Of a stretch of DNA of 64,000 nt, positions 13,458 to 25,522 are shown piece after piece. The translations under genes were made by a program, and so were the position numbers. The DNA is from Heptranchias perlo. Its lineage: Eukaryota. The DNA is taken from contig NC_090332.1 in assembly GCF_035084215.1 (NCBI RefSeq), positions 27,280,001 through 27,344,000 of the forward strand, in the 5' to 3' direction. How positions within the stretch are numbered: position 1 is the first letter of the stretch; each line of letters begins with the position of its first letter. The notes under the pieces were generated by a model. That model was not told where the DNA came from. It was given only the letters and a program-made list of their open reading frames with translations, and did no database searches.

Positions 13458-14495
13458 CATTGGGTGACCTATAGCAGTCAGCACTTTCAGGAAAGGAAAA
13501 GAGAAAATTAAAAAGATGAGATACCTGAAGAACAGACCTGTTCACTGTTAGCTGCTTTTATTGCTTTCGTGTGGAAGAGTGATATTATAGCACTCCAGAT
13601 GACTATGTTCCTTTAGCAAGAAAATGCACATATATGGGAACATCACTTTGCATAAAAACTGAGTATCATCAGTGTCCAGAAGAATTTGGTAACAGAAGAC
13701 ACTTCCTACTTTAAACAAGAATCCTGCTAGTGCATCCATCTCCTGATTTAGGTGCCAGTTAAGGGAGGGGACAATACATTAGACCCTTAGGAATACTCAC
13801 TTGTTGCATGTGCAGAATTTGAGAGGAAGGGACGGAGATTTCAAGGTTGATGCGGGTAATGTGCGACAATTGAAAAGTAGCTAAGACAGTAACTTGTGGT
13901 ATGTTTGCACATTTTTAAAAAAAAACACTTGTTCTACCCACACAAGAGACACAAGTCATTTTACAGTCATTCTAATCATTCTCCCCAACTCACGCAGCAT
14001 CCAGAGCCAAGAGAGAGGGCTAAGGACCTTCTCTCAGGCTTCCACCAAAGCTCTTCAAAACTAGCCACTAAGAATAGCAAAAACGTCTTGGAGTCGCTCT
14101 AATTTGTCTTCTTTCCTTATGTGGAAGTGTTTAAAATTGGGACTTTGCTCTGTCGAGCATAGCTATGAACAAAGTTTAGTTAGAAAAACAAGTCTTTTAC
14201 ACCAGTTGCCATGTTGCGACCTGGTTCCTCCTTGGCCCCACCCCACAACCTCTGGTACTGCCAACATTGGGATCCAAGGTGGGAAAGTTGGCAGCAAAAC
14301 AATGAGACTTGGGCAGGAGACGAGAGGAATAGCACAATAGGTCCCGAGGTTGGCTACCTTCGCTATACTCCCTGTAGACTAAAACTGCACATGGCATATG
14401 CCTGCTGACACCCATGGCCACAAACAGGCATACTACCACTCTGCCACCAGAAATTAGAGCTTTTATGGATACATCACACTGCCTACATTTTTATA

Positions 14496-14699
14496 ATGTG
14501 GAGATGCCGGTGATGGACTGGGGTTGACAATTGTAAACAATTTTACAACACCAAGTTATAGTCCAGCAATTTTATTTTAAATTCACAAGCTTTCGGAGGC
14601 TTCCTCCTTCGTCAGGTGACGAAGGAGGAAGCCTCCGAAAGCTTGTGAATTTAAAATAAAATTGCTGGACTATAACTTGGTGTTGTAAAATTGTTTACA
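14496..14699. mobile_element. Penelope-like insertion forming a perfect inverted repeat
   Basis: Arms 14532-14614 and 14617-14699 (83 bp each, no mismatch, GG spacer); TACATTTTTATA at 14484-14495 and 14696-14707. Confidence 0.8.
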
Positions 14700-17192
14700 T
14701 TTTTATATATTACATAATCTATTTACCACACAGCCAATGGGGAATCTAATTTTTATTTATATAAAGAAAGCATTTTAATATTCTAAATCTGAATTCAAGA
14801 GCCAAATGATTCTGTGAACATATGGTCCTTTTAAAACGAACTATTTGGAAGGATTGAGTTCGCATAGCGGGTTAGCACACTTGTTTCACCCATATCCTGG
14901 ATTCAAAGCCAGCCCAAACTGACTCTTCAAGGTGAAGCCTTAAGGACCCTTTTGGCATCTTCTAGTAGCCATGACCCAGAGTACAAAACTCCCTATAATT
15001 TAGCAGTCTCACTCAGAAGCCACAAGCATAGCTTCTATGCTAGATGCAAATAGCACATTAACACATTTGAGGCAGAGTAGCGATCTTTGCACTGAGGCTG
15101 GCTATGCTATATGTGACCTGTAAGTGCTTGACGCTTATATTAGTTTACTGATTTGTGAAACTTCCCTTCTGCATTGCTAATGTTATTCTCCTTAATGAAC
15201 ACAAAATCCCCATCAAGCTTACCACTTCTGTTTGCATTTTGGCAAAATTATACTCTGATTTTAATGCTGAGCATTGGTGTTTCTGCCCAATAAGATTCAC
15301 TACAGTATTTTTCAACATTATGTCTGACTTATTTTTACTGTTACCCAAGTATTCCTCATTTTATTTACCAGTCTGTTTCTCTTGTCTTCCTTACTCTCCA
15401 CTGAGCTGTTCTACCTATTTTAATCCTAGTCTGGCAAATGTTTTGCATTGCTTTATACAGTGATGCGCTAAACCAAATATTTTATACAAAAGTTTGGTTT
15501 GAAACTCCTTGGCATGAACTACATCCCAATCAGCCAAAAATTGAGACTGCAGAGCGACATTCCAGAAAAATAGAGTACATCACAAGCCTCTGAAGAGTGT
15601 AAGTTCTCAGTCTAGCCAACATTCCTCCCTTAACCAAAACTACCAAAGTAAACCTGATTAATTGCTTACTTATCTCATTTGCTGTTTGTGGGACTTTGCT
15701 GTGCACAATTAGCTTGCTGTATTTCTCTAAATAATCGCAGTAATTGCACTTCAAAAATAGCTATTTGGTTGTGAAGAGCTTTGCGACATCCCGAGGTTGT
15801 GATGAGATGGAATGTAAATGCAAATTATTTCCTTTTACCAGTTTGTTTTCTTCTCTTAAAGGCAGTGACTTGTGCTAGGATTTTGTGTGCTTTGCATGAG
15901 TTCAGCTGTCTTTCATTCCTTCACCCAAGTGGCCATTTTTCATGATCACTGGACAGAGTGTTGGCACACTGCTCAACTGTAAAAGCACCACAGACCCGAT
16001 ATCTAGACGATCACTAGCCAGATACCTGGAAAATATATTAAGGACCATGGAAAGTTTTTTTCTTCACTCTCCTTGGGGTCACTGAGGCTAATTGGGGTCG
16101 ATCCGTCCTTGCCGTAGCTAACTCAGCTCAGAGCAGTGACTAAATCTATGACCTTCCTGGTGTGTATGACTCTGTTCCAATTCACACGTTATCAGGGAGG
16201 CATCAAGTATGTGCTTAAGTATTAAACATCCCCATCCACAAAACAAACTTAGCTCAAATAATTTTCATGTTTTAAGTAATTATTTTTACTGAAATATAAG
16301 ACATGTACTGTCTAGTATAAACTTTACAAAAAATAAACCACCTTAGCATTAAACTATATGACAATTTATGGGCCCTGACTAAACTTACTGGTTTATTTTT
16401 TGGTAAATCATCACTCCCCACTGTGTGTCCTTTATATAGGTCACTGTTTATTAATTTCAGGAAACTGGGAAGTGTAATGGCTTTGAACACTAGGGCCAGG
16501 TTTGAATCAAACCTAAGAATGATGGGATAAAAGTCTCTCTGCTGGCTGTAAGTGAAATTAGGTGCGCATTCTCAACCCTCCATTGGTAGGTTTGTTTCAA
16601 CACCAAAAACATGGATGCTTGGTATATGTATGTAATGGAAATGACACTTTGACGAAGTGTTCTGTAGTTGGAGTTGTGTAAAGAAAGTTGTAGACGGCAT
16701 CTAACCCATGCCCGACCTTGGAATGCTTGATGCAGAAATAAAGTACAAAAAAGTGAAAATTCTTATCTTCCCCCATTTTCAGCATTTCATAATAAAAAAA
16801 AATTCTAAAATTTAAAGAAGTTGGAGTTAATTCAAAGAAATTACTTTCTGGTTTGGTTAATTCAACTATTCAGAATATTTTTGCAGTAAGCATTCCCAAC
16901 CTGGAACATTAGTATATTCAGCACTGTCTTCAGTTCAGCTTTTAAGGTCAGTGATAATGCAGCATAAATGAGCCTATGGTCAACATCTGAAGCTCATTAC
17001 AACTAAGAACTTGATCCAATTATAGATGTAGCTTAATATCTTCAGTCAGGGTCACCTTGTCCACAGTTACTTTTACTTCTGTGATCATAGAATTTTAAAT
17101 GGTTACAGCAGAATCATAATCAGTACCTGCTATCTGAGAAAATGGGAGCAGTGGTTATGATCTGAAGTTGTTGCATTCAATGTTGAGGTTCT

Positions 17193-17512
17193 GCTGTAAC
17201 CATTTACACCTCCTCTGGACCCATCTTTTGTTTATTGCCCTCTTTTGCCTTGCACTATCATCCCGTTTGTCATTTAATCACTCCTGCCCTCCACCCCATC
17301 ACAGACCTTCCATTGTGTTCTTTCCTCCCCCCTCCCTCCCTCCCTCCCCTCCCCCCAAATTTCCCTGGCTCTGTACTTGCTTGTAAGTTATTAAATCTCT
17401 AACTTCTTCCAGTTCTGATAAAAGGTTGTCGACCTGAAACATTAACTCTGTTTATCTCTCCACAGATGTTGCCTGACCTGCTGAGTGTTTCCAGCATTTT
17501 CTGTTTTTATTT
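17193..17512 (+). mobile_element. 3' region of a second Penelope-like family with a degenerate hammerhead motif
   Basis: Pyrimidine-rich tract, then AGTT-CTGATAA-A-AGGT..ACCT-GAAAC-ATT-AACT (17411-17447) and TGCCTGACCTGCTGAG..TCCAGCATTTTCTG. Confidence 0.6.
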
Positions 17513-18813
17513 GCTATCCTAAGTATGCCACTGGGCCCTTCCATGCAACAGCAGGAGATATTGGGCTAGAATTTGCTGGCAAAATAACGGCAAGTTTAAT
17601 CAGTGTGTAAATGGTCCAACAATTTGTGGTGATGAAGTTGCGAATCACCACAATTTGCTGGACGATTTGCAACACTTCGCTGTTAGCCTCTCAAATGGCA
17701 GCACGCTGTCAACATCCCCATGAGTTTCAAAAATTTGCTGCATATGCACATTAATTGCCAATTAAATTTGCCGCAGAAAGTTAGGGCTGCTACTAAAAAG
17801 GTTTGGGGGGAAAGTAGTGAAATAGGATTAGAGTAAATAGCTCCAGTGTGAAGCCATTGGGTAAATGGCCTCTTTCTGTGCCAAATTTTCTATGATGGGT
17901 GGCTCATCACATTCAATGTTCAGATAAAGTGAAAAAATAAGTGGAATGCTGGGATATGTAATAAGTATAGTAGACTATAAGCTTCTGGAGGTTATGCTGG
18001 AACTTTACAATGCACTGGCCATATCTCAAAATAATGTACAAATATTAGAGAGAATACCAACAAGGCTAATCCTGAGTGTGAAGGGGATGAGATTTGAGGA
18101 AAGACTAGACACGATCAAGCTCTAATATCATATCAGCTTGTTTTAAGTCCTGTGGAACTTCCCTATTGTCCAGTGATCCCTTCATGACTATAACTAGGGC
18201 ACCCACAAATTCTCTTAAATAAAATAAATTCTCTTCACTGTCTCCCTTAGAACCATGGACTATATGCCATCTTTTAATTTGTCAAATACCTCTGCGTCAC
18301 AGACTTCAAAGAACACTGCACAAATTGAGCAGCAAGTTGTTGTTCTCTTTGATTAATATTTCTATGTCATTTTCAGTTTTAGTGCCTCTTTATCTTTAAG
18401 AATTTTAACTTCCTAACTACTCTTTTAGTATTATAATACTGGAAGGATATTTTATTGTAATTAACTTCTTTTACGATCTTCATCACGGGGCCTTTTTGCT
18501 CCTCCAGTATTTTTTTAACACATTTCCACAATTTCCTCTTCTCATCCCATAATTCAGCTCTTTTCCTTCCAGACGTTATATATTCTGCTTTTCCCTTCTC
18601 ATTTTTTTCACCCATTTTGGATGTTGTCTAGTTATTTTACAATTCTTGGGCATAATTGTTATCGTACATGTTCTATAATTGATACATTTCTCCTCAACTG
18701 ACTTTTCCCTGTTAGTTCACCCCCTTATTCCTTTGAAATTTGCTTTTTTAAAGTCATGTATCTCTTTTCTGGTTCAGAAACTGTTACATAATTCTTCCTT
18801 CCAAAATAATAAT

Positions 18814-19570
18814 GGGCCAGAACTTGCGCACAGCGACGTGGCGAGGCTCTCCATACATCTTGTGGAAAAAAAGGAACGAATATACTTACTGCAGAGTCCA
18901 CGATGTCAACTTTCTCCATCTTGAAGTTTTCTCAAGCTGTGCATTGTCAAATCAACGTCAGTTTGGGACAGACTGCGGGAATGGAAGCCACGCCCACAGA
19001 ATCTGTCAGGAAGAGAAGTCACACCCACAAGCAGGCAAGTAGAAATCATTCATTTAAAGTAAACTTCTTTAAATAAAAATTTAACTTTTATAAAAAGCCA
19101 AGCAAATAATTGAATTTAATTAAAGAGACAGAAGTTAAAAGTTTAAAAAAATTTTAACTTTTTAATTTAGACATTTTTTAATGAAATGATCAAAAAAAAT
19201 TACAATAAGAAGTAATATAACATTCCATATTTTTTAATTTAATTTTTAGTTGTTTCATAGTCATTATTAGTCATCATGCTTTTAAAAAGTAGTGCAGACC
19301 TGGTATTTTTCAGCGTACCTTTTGGTGGCATATTTTCGTTTCAGCTGGGCAGGTGGTTAAGTTTACAATTGTTCATTGATTTGAGTGATTGTAGAGTAGC
19401 ATGCCCCTTTAATTCGCTGCTGTCAAACTGCTGGTGAACCAGAGAGCAAGCTCACAATTTCCGGGTTTTAGTGCGCATGTGCACATTCGTGAACTTGCTC
19501 CATCGATTCGTCGGCGGAGAGAGAGGATGCCATTGAGGGACGGCGTCCCGAAGTGAGTAACTTCTGCCCC
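18814..19570. mobile_element. Putative non-autonomous DNA transposon (PIF/Harbinger-like MITE)
   Basis: Imperfect 14-bp TIRs, GGGCCAGAACTTGC vs reverse complement GGGGCAGAAGTTAC (11/14); AAT on both flanks; CpG-rich ends and AT-rich centre. Confidence 0.55.
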
Positions 19571-19574
19571 AATG

Positions 19575-20200
19575 AATAAGCAGCAGATACTTGTTAGGGG
19601 AGTGGTGTTGGAGAGTGCAGTACCCCAGAGATCAGTGTTAGGAGTCATTCAGTTCCTAATCTACATTGGACTTGGATTCAGAAATGCTATGCAAACTGGT
19701 GGAGGCAATCAAATTGGAGCAAGCAGCCAGGGACCTACAAATGGAGTTAAATAAAATCTGCAGATGGGCAGATCAGTGGCAGATGAAATTCAGTACAAGC
19801 ATGTTCAAGGTACTACACATTGGAAAAAGAACAGGGGTCATAAGTACTCTATGGATGGTGTGGAAATAAATTAAAGTGAAATGGAAAAGGATCTGGGTGT
19901 ATTAGTCGATTTGGCAAGTAACATGTCACCTCACTGTGGAGTAGCAATAACAAAGCTAATAGAATGCTAAACTGTATTACAAGATTTTGGAATAAGTGTG
20001 AAGATGTCATGCTTAAACTGTACAATGCTTTGGTGATACTGCATATTGACTATTGCATCCAGTTTTGTTCACCAAGACATGAGAAATATTTAAGGCATGG
20101 AGATTGTGCAGGGAATAGCCGCAAAGCTTGACTTTAAAGAAATGAATAATTGCAGCTCTTTAGTCTTGAGAGGAGGTGACTGCAGGTATCTGATATAAGT
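19575..20200 (+). mobile_element. Old CR1-type RT fragment
   Basis: VPQRSVLG and RWADQWQMKFS..FKVLHIG motifs in broken frames. Confidence 0.75.
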
Positions 20201-20412
20201 ATGTTTGAAGCAAAGTTTTATGTATTTTATTTAAATTGTCTTCAGCTAGGCATAATAATGTGAATTTAAAATAACTTCAGGTTGCTGTATTGATTTTTTT
20301 GAAAGAGATAATTTGTCATGATAACAATGGTAAACACTATCCTAAATTGTTGGCCACGTCTACTGCCACCACTATAGTGTCATTGTCAGGCAGGCTACAG
20401 AGTTAAGACAAG

Positions 20413-20630
20413 GCACAATGCTAACACTACTGATTTCAGAGAACAAACAGTGCTAACACTACCAAGTCCAGAGGACGCCAAGCGCTGTTACTACTGATTT
20501 CAGAGGATGCACAGCACTGATACTACCAAGTTCAGCGAATACACAGCACTGACACTACTGATTTCAGACAACACAGTGCTAACACTACCAAGTTCAGACA
20601 ATGCACAGCGCTGACTCTACCATGTTCAGA
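20413..20630. repeat. ~32-bp minisatellite, about 7 units
   Basis: Consensus near RCACAGYRCTRACACTAC(TGAT/CAAG)TTCAGA..; TACTGATTTCAG and TACCAAGTTCAG variants alternate. Confidence 0.85.
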
Positions 20631-23600
20631 TAGGAAGGTGTGAAGACATGAAGGGATTTCAACATGAGGATGAGAATTTTAAGATCAAGGCGTTCCTGGA
20701 CCGGGAGCCAATGTAGGGCAGCGAGCACAGGGGTGATGGGTGAACAAGACTTGATGCGAGTTAGGATACGTGCAGCAGAGTTTTGGATGAGCTCAAGTAT
20801 ATTGAGGGTGGAAGATGGGAGGCTGGCCAGGAGAGCATTGGAATAGTCAAGTCTAGAGGTAACAAAGGCATGAATGAGGGTTTCAGCAACAGATGAGCTG
20901 AGGCAGGGGCGGAGACGGAGACGTGCGATGTTACGGAGGTGGAATTAGACGGTCTTGGTGATGGAGCAGATATGTGGTTGGAAGCTCATCTCGGTCAAAT
21001 AGGATGCCAAGGTTGCAAATGGTCTGGTTCAGCCTCAGACAGTGGCCAGGGGAAGGGATGGAATCGGTGGCTAGTCAACGGAGTTTGTGGCGGGGACTGA
21101 AGACAATGGCTTCGGTCTTCCCAATATTTAGTCGGAGGAAATTTTTGTTCATCCAGTCGGACAAGCAGTGTGACAAATCAGGGACGGTGGAGGGGTCGAG
21201 GGAGGTAGTGGTGGTGAGGTAGAGCTGGGTGTCCTCAGCGTACGTGTGGAAACTGACATCGTGTTTTTGGATGATGTCACTGAGGGGCAGCATGTAGATG
21301 AGAAATAGGAGGGGGCCAAGGATAGATCCTTGGGGGACTCCAGAGGTAACGGTGTGGGAGTGGGAAGAGAAGCCATTGGAGGTGATTCTCTGGCTATGAC
21401 TGGATAGATAAGAATGGAAACAGACAAGCACTGTCCCACCCAGCTGGACGATGGAGGAGAGACACTGGAGGAGGATGGTGTGGTCAACTGTGTCAAAGGC
21501 TGAAGACAGGTCGAGAAAGATGAGGAGGGATAGTTTACCATGGTCACAGTCACATAGGATGTAATTTGGACTTTGATAAGGGTCTTTTCTGTACTGTGGC
21601 AGGGGCGGAAACCTAATTTGAGGGATTCAAACATGTGGGAAAGATGGGCGTGGATTTGGGAGGCGACAACACATTCAAGGACTTTGGAAAGGAAAGGGAG
21701 ATTTGCGAGGACAGATGAATCAAAGATGGGTTTTTTGAGGAGGGGAGTGATGACGCAGATTTAAAGGGGAGGAGGACAATACCCGAGGAGCGGGAACCGT
21801 TAACAATATCAGCTAACATGGGGGCCAGGAAGGGAAGTTGGGTGGCCAGCAGTTTGGTAGGAATAGGGTTGAGGGAGCAGGAGGTGGGTCTCATGGTCAA
21901 GATGAGCTCGTAGAGGGCATGAGGGGAGACAGGAGAGAAAGATGCAAACTCAGGGACAAGGGCAGGGGGGAGCCGTAGGGGAAGTTTGGCTTAGTGGGCT
22001 AGGGGAAGGAAGGGAAGCGGCAGAGGCAGCTGAATGGATAGTCTCAATCTTCGTGACAGAGTAGTCCATGAGCTTCTCGGACTTGTTGTCGGAGATGAGG
22101 GTGGAGGAGGCAGGGGAGAGGGGTTTAAGAAGACAGTGTGTAGTGGAGGAGAAGTCGGGGGTTATCTTTGCATTCCAGGATGACCTTGGAGTAGTGAGCG
22201 GTTTTGGCAGAGGAGAGCAGGATCCGATAGTGCTTTACATGGTCCAGCCAGATCTGGCGATGAGTGGCTGAACCAGTTGTTCACCATAAATGTTCAAGTC
22301 TGCGACCCTTGGATTTAAGGGAGAGGAGATAAGGGGCTGTACCGGGGGAATAACCAGGGTGAGGAAGAGTAATGGTTTTATTGGGGACAAGGGCATCAAA
22401 GGGAGGTGAGGGTGTGATTGAGCAGATCGGTAGCTGCAGAAATGTTGTGGTGAATGGAGGGCCAAAGGCTAGACAATTGGGAATTTGAAACTGCCGTTGT
22501 AAGTGACTTGGGGGAGAGTTTTTTCCAGGGGCGAACCCAGAAGGATGTCGGATTGGGAGGGGGAAGGGGGATGCGGGAGGAGAGGAATACAAAGAAGTGA
22601 TCAGAGATGGCCTTATCCGTGATTAAAACGATGGGAGTAGAGAGGCCACGTCAGATGGCAAGGTCGAGGGGGTGGCCATGAATATGGGTAGGGGAGTTTA
22701 TATGGAGGAAGAGATTAAGGGAGGATAGGGTGGCAGTGAATTCAGAGGAGAGAGAGCATGATGAGTTGAGATGGAGGTTGAAGTCGCTCGGTGCAGAGGC
22801 TGATGAAAGTAATGAAGATATTTCGATGAGAAACTTGGTGTGGTACTTGTGTGGGTGATAGAGAACGAGGATTTAAAAGGAGAGGTGAGAGGGGTGGAAC
22901 AAGGTGAGATGCTGAAAGGAGGAGGAGGTGCCAGAGGAGTAGAGAAATAGACCAAGGTGTGATTTGGTGATAAGGGCCACACCGCCACCGCGGCGGTCCG
23001 GGTAGGGCAAGTAGTGGAAGATATAGCCAGGCGGGGAGACTTTTTTTATTATTCGTTCATGGGATGTGGGTGTCGCTGGCGAGGCCGGCATTTATTGCCC
23101 ATCCCTAATTGCCCTTGAGAAGGTGGTGGTGAGCCGCCTTCTTGAACCGCTGCAGTCCGTGTGGTGAAGGTTCTCCCACAGTGCTGTTAAGGAGGGAGTT
23201 CCAGGATTTTGACCCAGCGACGATGATGGAACGGCGATATATTTCCAAGTCGGGATGGTGTGTGACTTGGAGGGGAACGTGCAGGTGGTGTTGTTCCCAT
23301 GTGCCTGCTGCCCTTGTCCTTCTAGGTGGTAGAGGTTGCGGGTTTGGGAGGTGCTGTCGAAGAAGCCTTGGCGAGTTGCTGCAGTGCATCCTGTATTTGG
23401 TACACGCTGCAGCCACGTTGTGCCGGTGGTGAAGGGAGTGAATGTTTAGGGTGGTGGATGGGGTGCCAATCAAGTGGGCTGCTTTGTCCTGGATGGTGTC
23501 GAGCTTCTTGAGTGCTGTTGGAGCTGCACTTATCCAAGCAAGTGGAGAGTATTCCATCACACACCTGACTTGTGCCTTGTAGATGGAGGAAAGGCTTTGG

Positions 23601-24529
23601 GGAGTCAGGAGATGAGTCACTCACCGCAGAATACCCAGCCTCTGACCTGCTCTTGTAGCCACAGTATTTATATGGCTGGTCCAGTTAAGTTTCTGGTCAA
23701 TGGTGACCCTTCATTAAGGGGGAAGGTGTCATCACCCATCAGCCAGGTTTCCATCAAGGCCATGATGTCGATGCAATCATCCACAATAAGCTCATGGATG
23801 GCAAGGGACTTGTTCACTTATTCTGGAGGGGGATGCGGAGAGGGGCAGTGATAGCTGAGTCCACAGGATCAGCGCTGGGAGGGGTCATTGGGACAGGAAG
23901 GAGATTGGCAAGATTAGCCCCCATTCGGCGTGCTGGGCAGGAAAGTCGGTGAGAGTAGGATGAGGCATTTGGGGTTGCCGCTCGTAAGGAGGCAGTGACG
24001 AGTGCCTAGATGGGCCCTTCGGAGGATGTGAAGAGTGGGACAGAGGGAAGCTGTAGGCTTAGCTAAGAGGGAGTTAAGCCTGGGGTGGCAGCAGGAGAGT
24101 AGGAAGGTGGAGGAGTGCTGAAGGGTTGGGGTAGGGATTTTGGGGGGGCAGAGTACTTGTGAGGGGAAAAATGAAAGGAGACACGCCAACAGGAGAGAGG
24201 GGCCTTGGAGGGGTAAAGAGAAAAGGTGAAATAGAAGTAATGGTCTCAGGTCCGGAGCGGTAGCCAAAACACACACGCGAATGGACTCGGAAACTCAAGT
24301 TATATAGGTGTGGTTACATAGCAAGGTTGGGATAGATAGATCCTAGTAATAAACAGGGAATAGAGAGGAGACAATAGGAGGGAGTCCAAAGTTAAAGTTC
24401 GAGGTCCCGTGGTGGGATAAAGTTGACGTAGATAGGGTGGAGTCAGGTTGGAGCATCGAGGAACTGATGTCCAGGTTCGGAGACAAGTGTGGAGGGCAAG
24501 CCAATAGGATGTCTCCAATTCCATGTGCT
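20631..24529 (-). mobile_element. Long L2-type LINE (endonuclease, RT and 5' region), decayed and interrupted by a nested LINE
   Basis: [17 protein letters not shown]...HTYAEDTQLY...LRLNIGKTEAIVF (21075-21431), CSLNPIPTKLL, RRGGGVALI (near 22980), ALMETWL (near 23745). Confidence 0.88.
23041..23709 (-). mobile_element. 5'-truncated young LINE nested in the L2 endonuclease region
   Basis: Open C-terminal ORF2 frame (IYKAQVRCVMEYSPLAW...HHHLLKGN*) and A-rich tail; highly similar to 50416-51420. Confidence 0.88.
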
Positions 24530-25522
24530 CTCATTTTTCTTAACAGTCTCTTATGTGGAACCTTGTCGAATGCCATCAGCATGATCTGTAAAAACTCCCA
24601 CCAAACTCCCCTGTCTGCTGGAGGAGTGAGGCCTCCACATTGAGCAGCCTCCCACCTCGCTTTGACTCTGAAAACACTTCACGCCAGGCCAAAGCAGCAA
24701 TCAACTTGTGGGCCCCTTTAAATATGTGGCCCATGAATGGGCACTGCAAGATCATGCAGGGGCATTTCTCTGTGAGGCTGAATTTGACAAATCCACAGCA
24801 TTGACTATTTTACATAATTTGAGCTGTAAGGTTGGTTTAGTGATGGCGCATTTCATTTAACGAGAACGGGTGAGAGTGGCGTAATTAGAAGTGATGTCAC
24901 TAGAGGAGCCATAACTTTTAGCATGCTCTGCGAGTGACGTCATTGGGAGGCCTGTGCACGCACAGGAGAATGTCACACGTCGATCGAAAACCGGAAATAC
25001 TCACAGTCGCTAACCACTCCCGTCAAACTTAATACTGTGGGAGAGTGCTGCGGTGACTGATGGCAGTTGTGTTTGGGCCATGGATTGTTTTCAGGTTTAT
25101 TGGGTAGAAACTGCGTTGGGGCGGATGTTGCGATTTACATTACAAAGTGAATAGTGACACTGCGTCCGATGCCGTGCATACATCGGGCTTTCCGAGAAAT
25201 CAACTCACTGCCATTCACGCTCAAGAGTGTGATCCACGTCTAACGGAGGAGAACGTGATTCAGGTCTAACGGTGGGGGCGGGGAGGAGCAGAAGAACGTG
25301 ATTCAGATCTAACGTGTGGAGGAGGAGAACGTAATCCCTTTCCCCAACTGGACCACATTCTCCTTCTCTTAACCCCCCCCCCCCCTTAGATCTGGATCAC
25401 ATTCTCACCCCTCCCCCCCCCCCCCCCCCGATCTGCTCCCTCCAGGTTCCCCCTTCCCACCCTACTTCTCCCTTTCCCCCACAGCTCCTGCTCCCCATCC
25501 CCCTGCTTCTACCCTTCCTCCA

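Noticed and set aside
20413-20630. CRISPR-like array
   Set aside because: Contiguous degenerate units without unique spacers, in eukaryotic DNA
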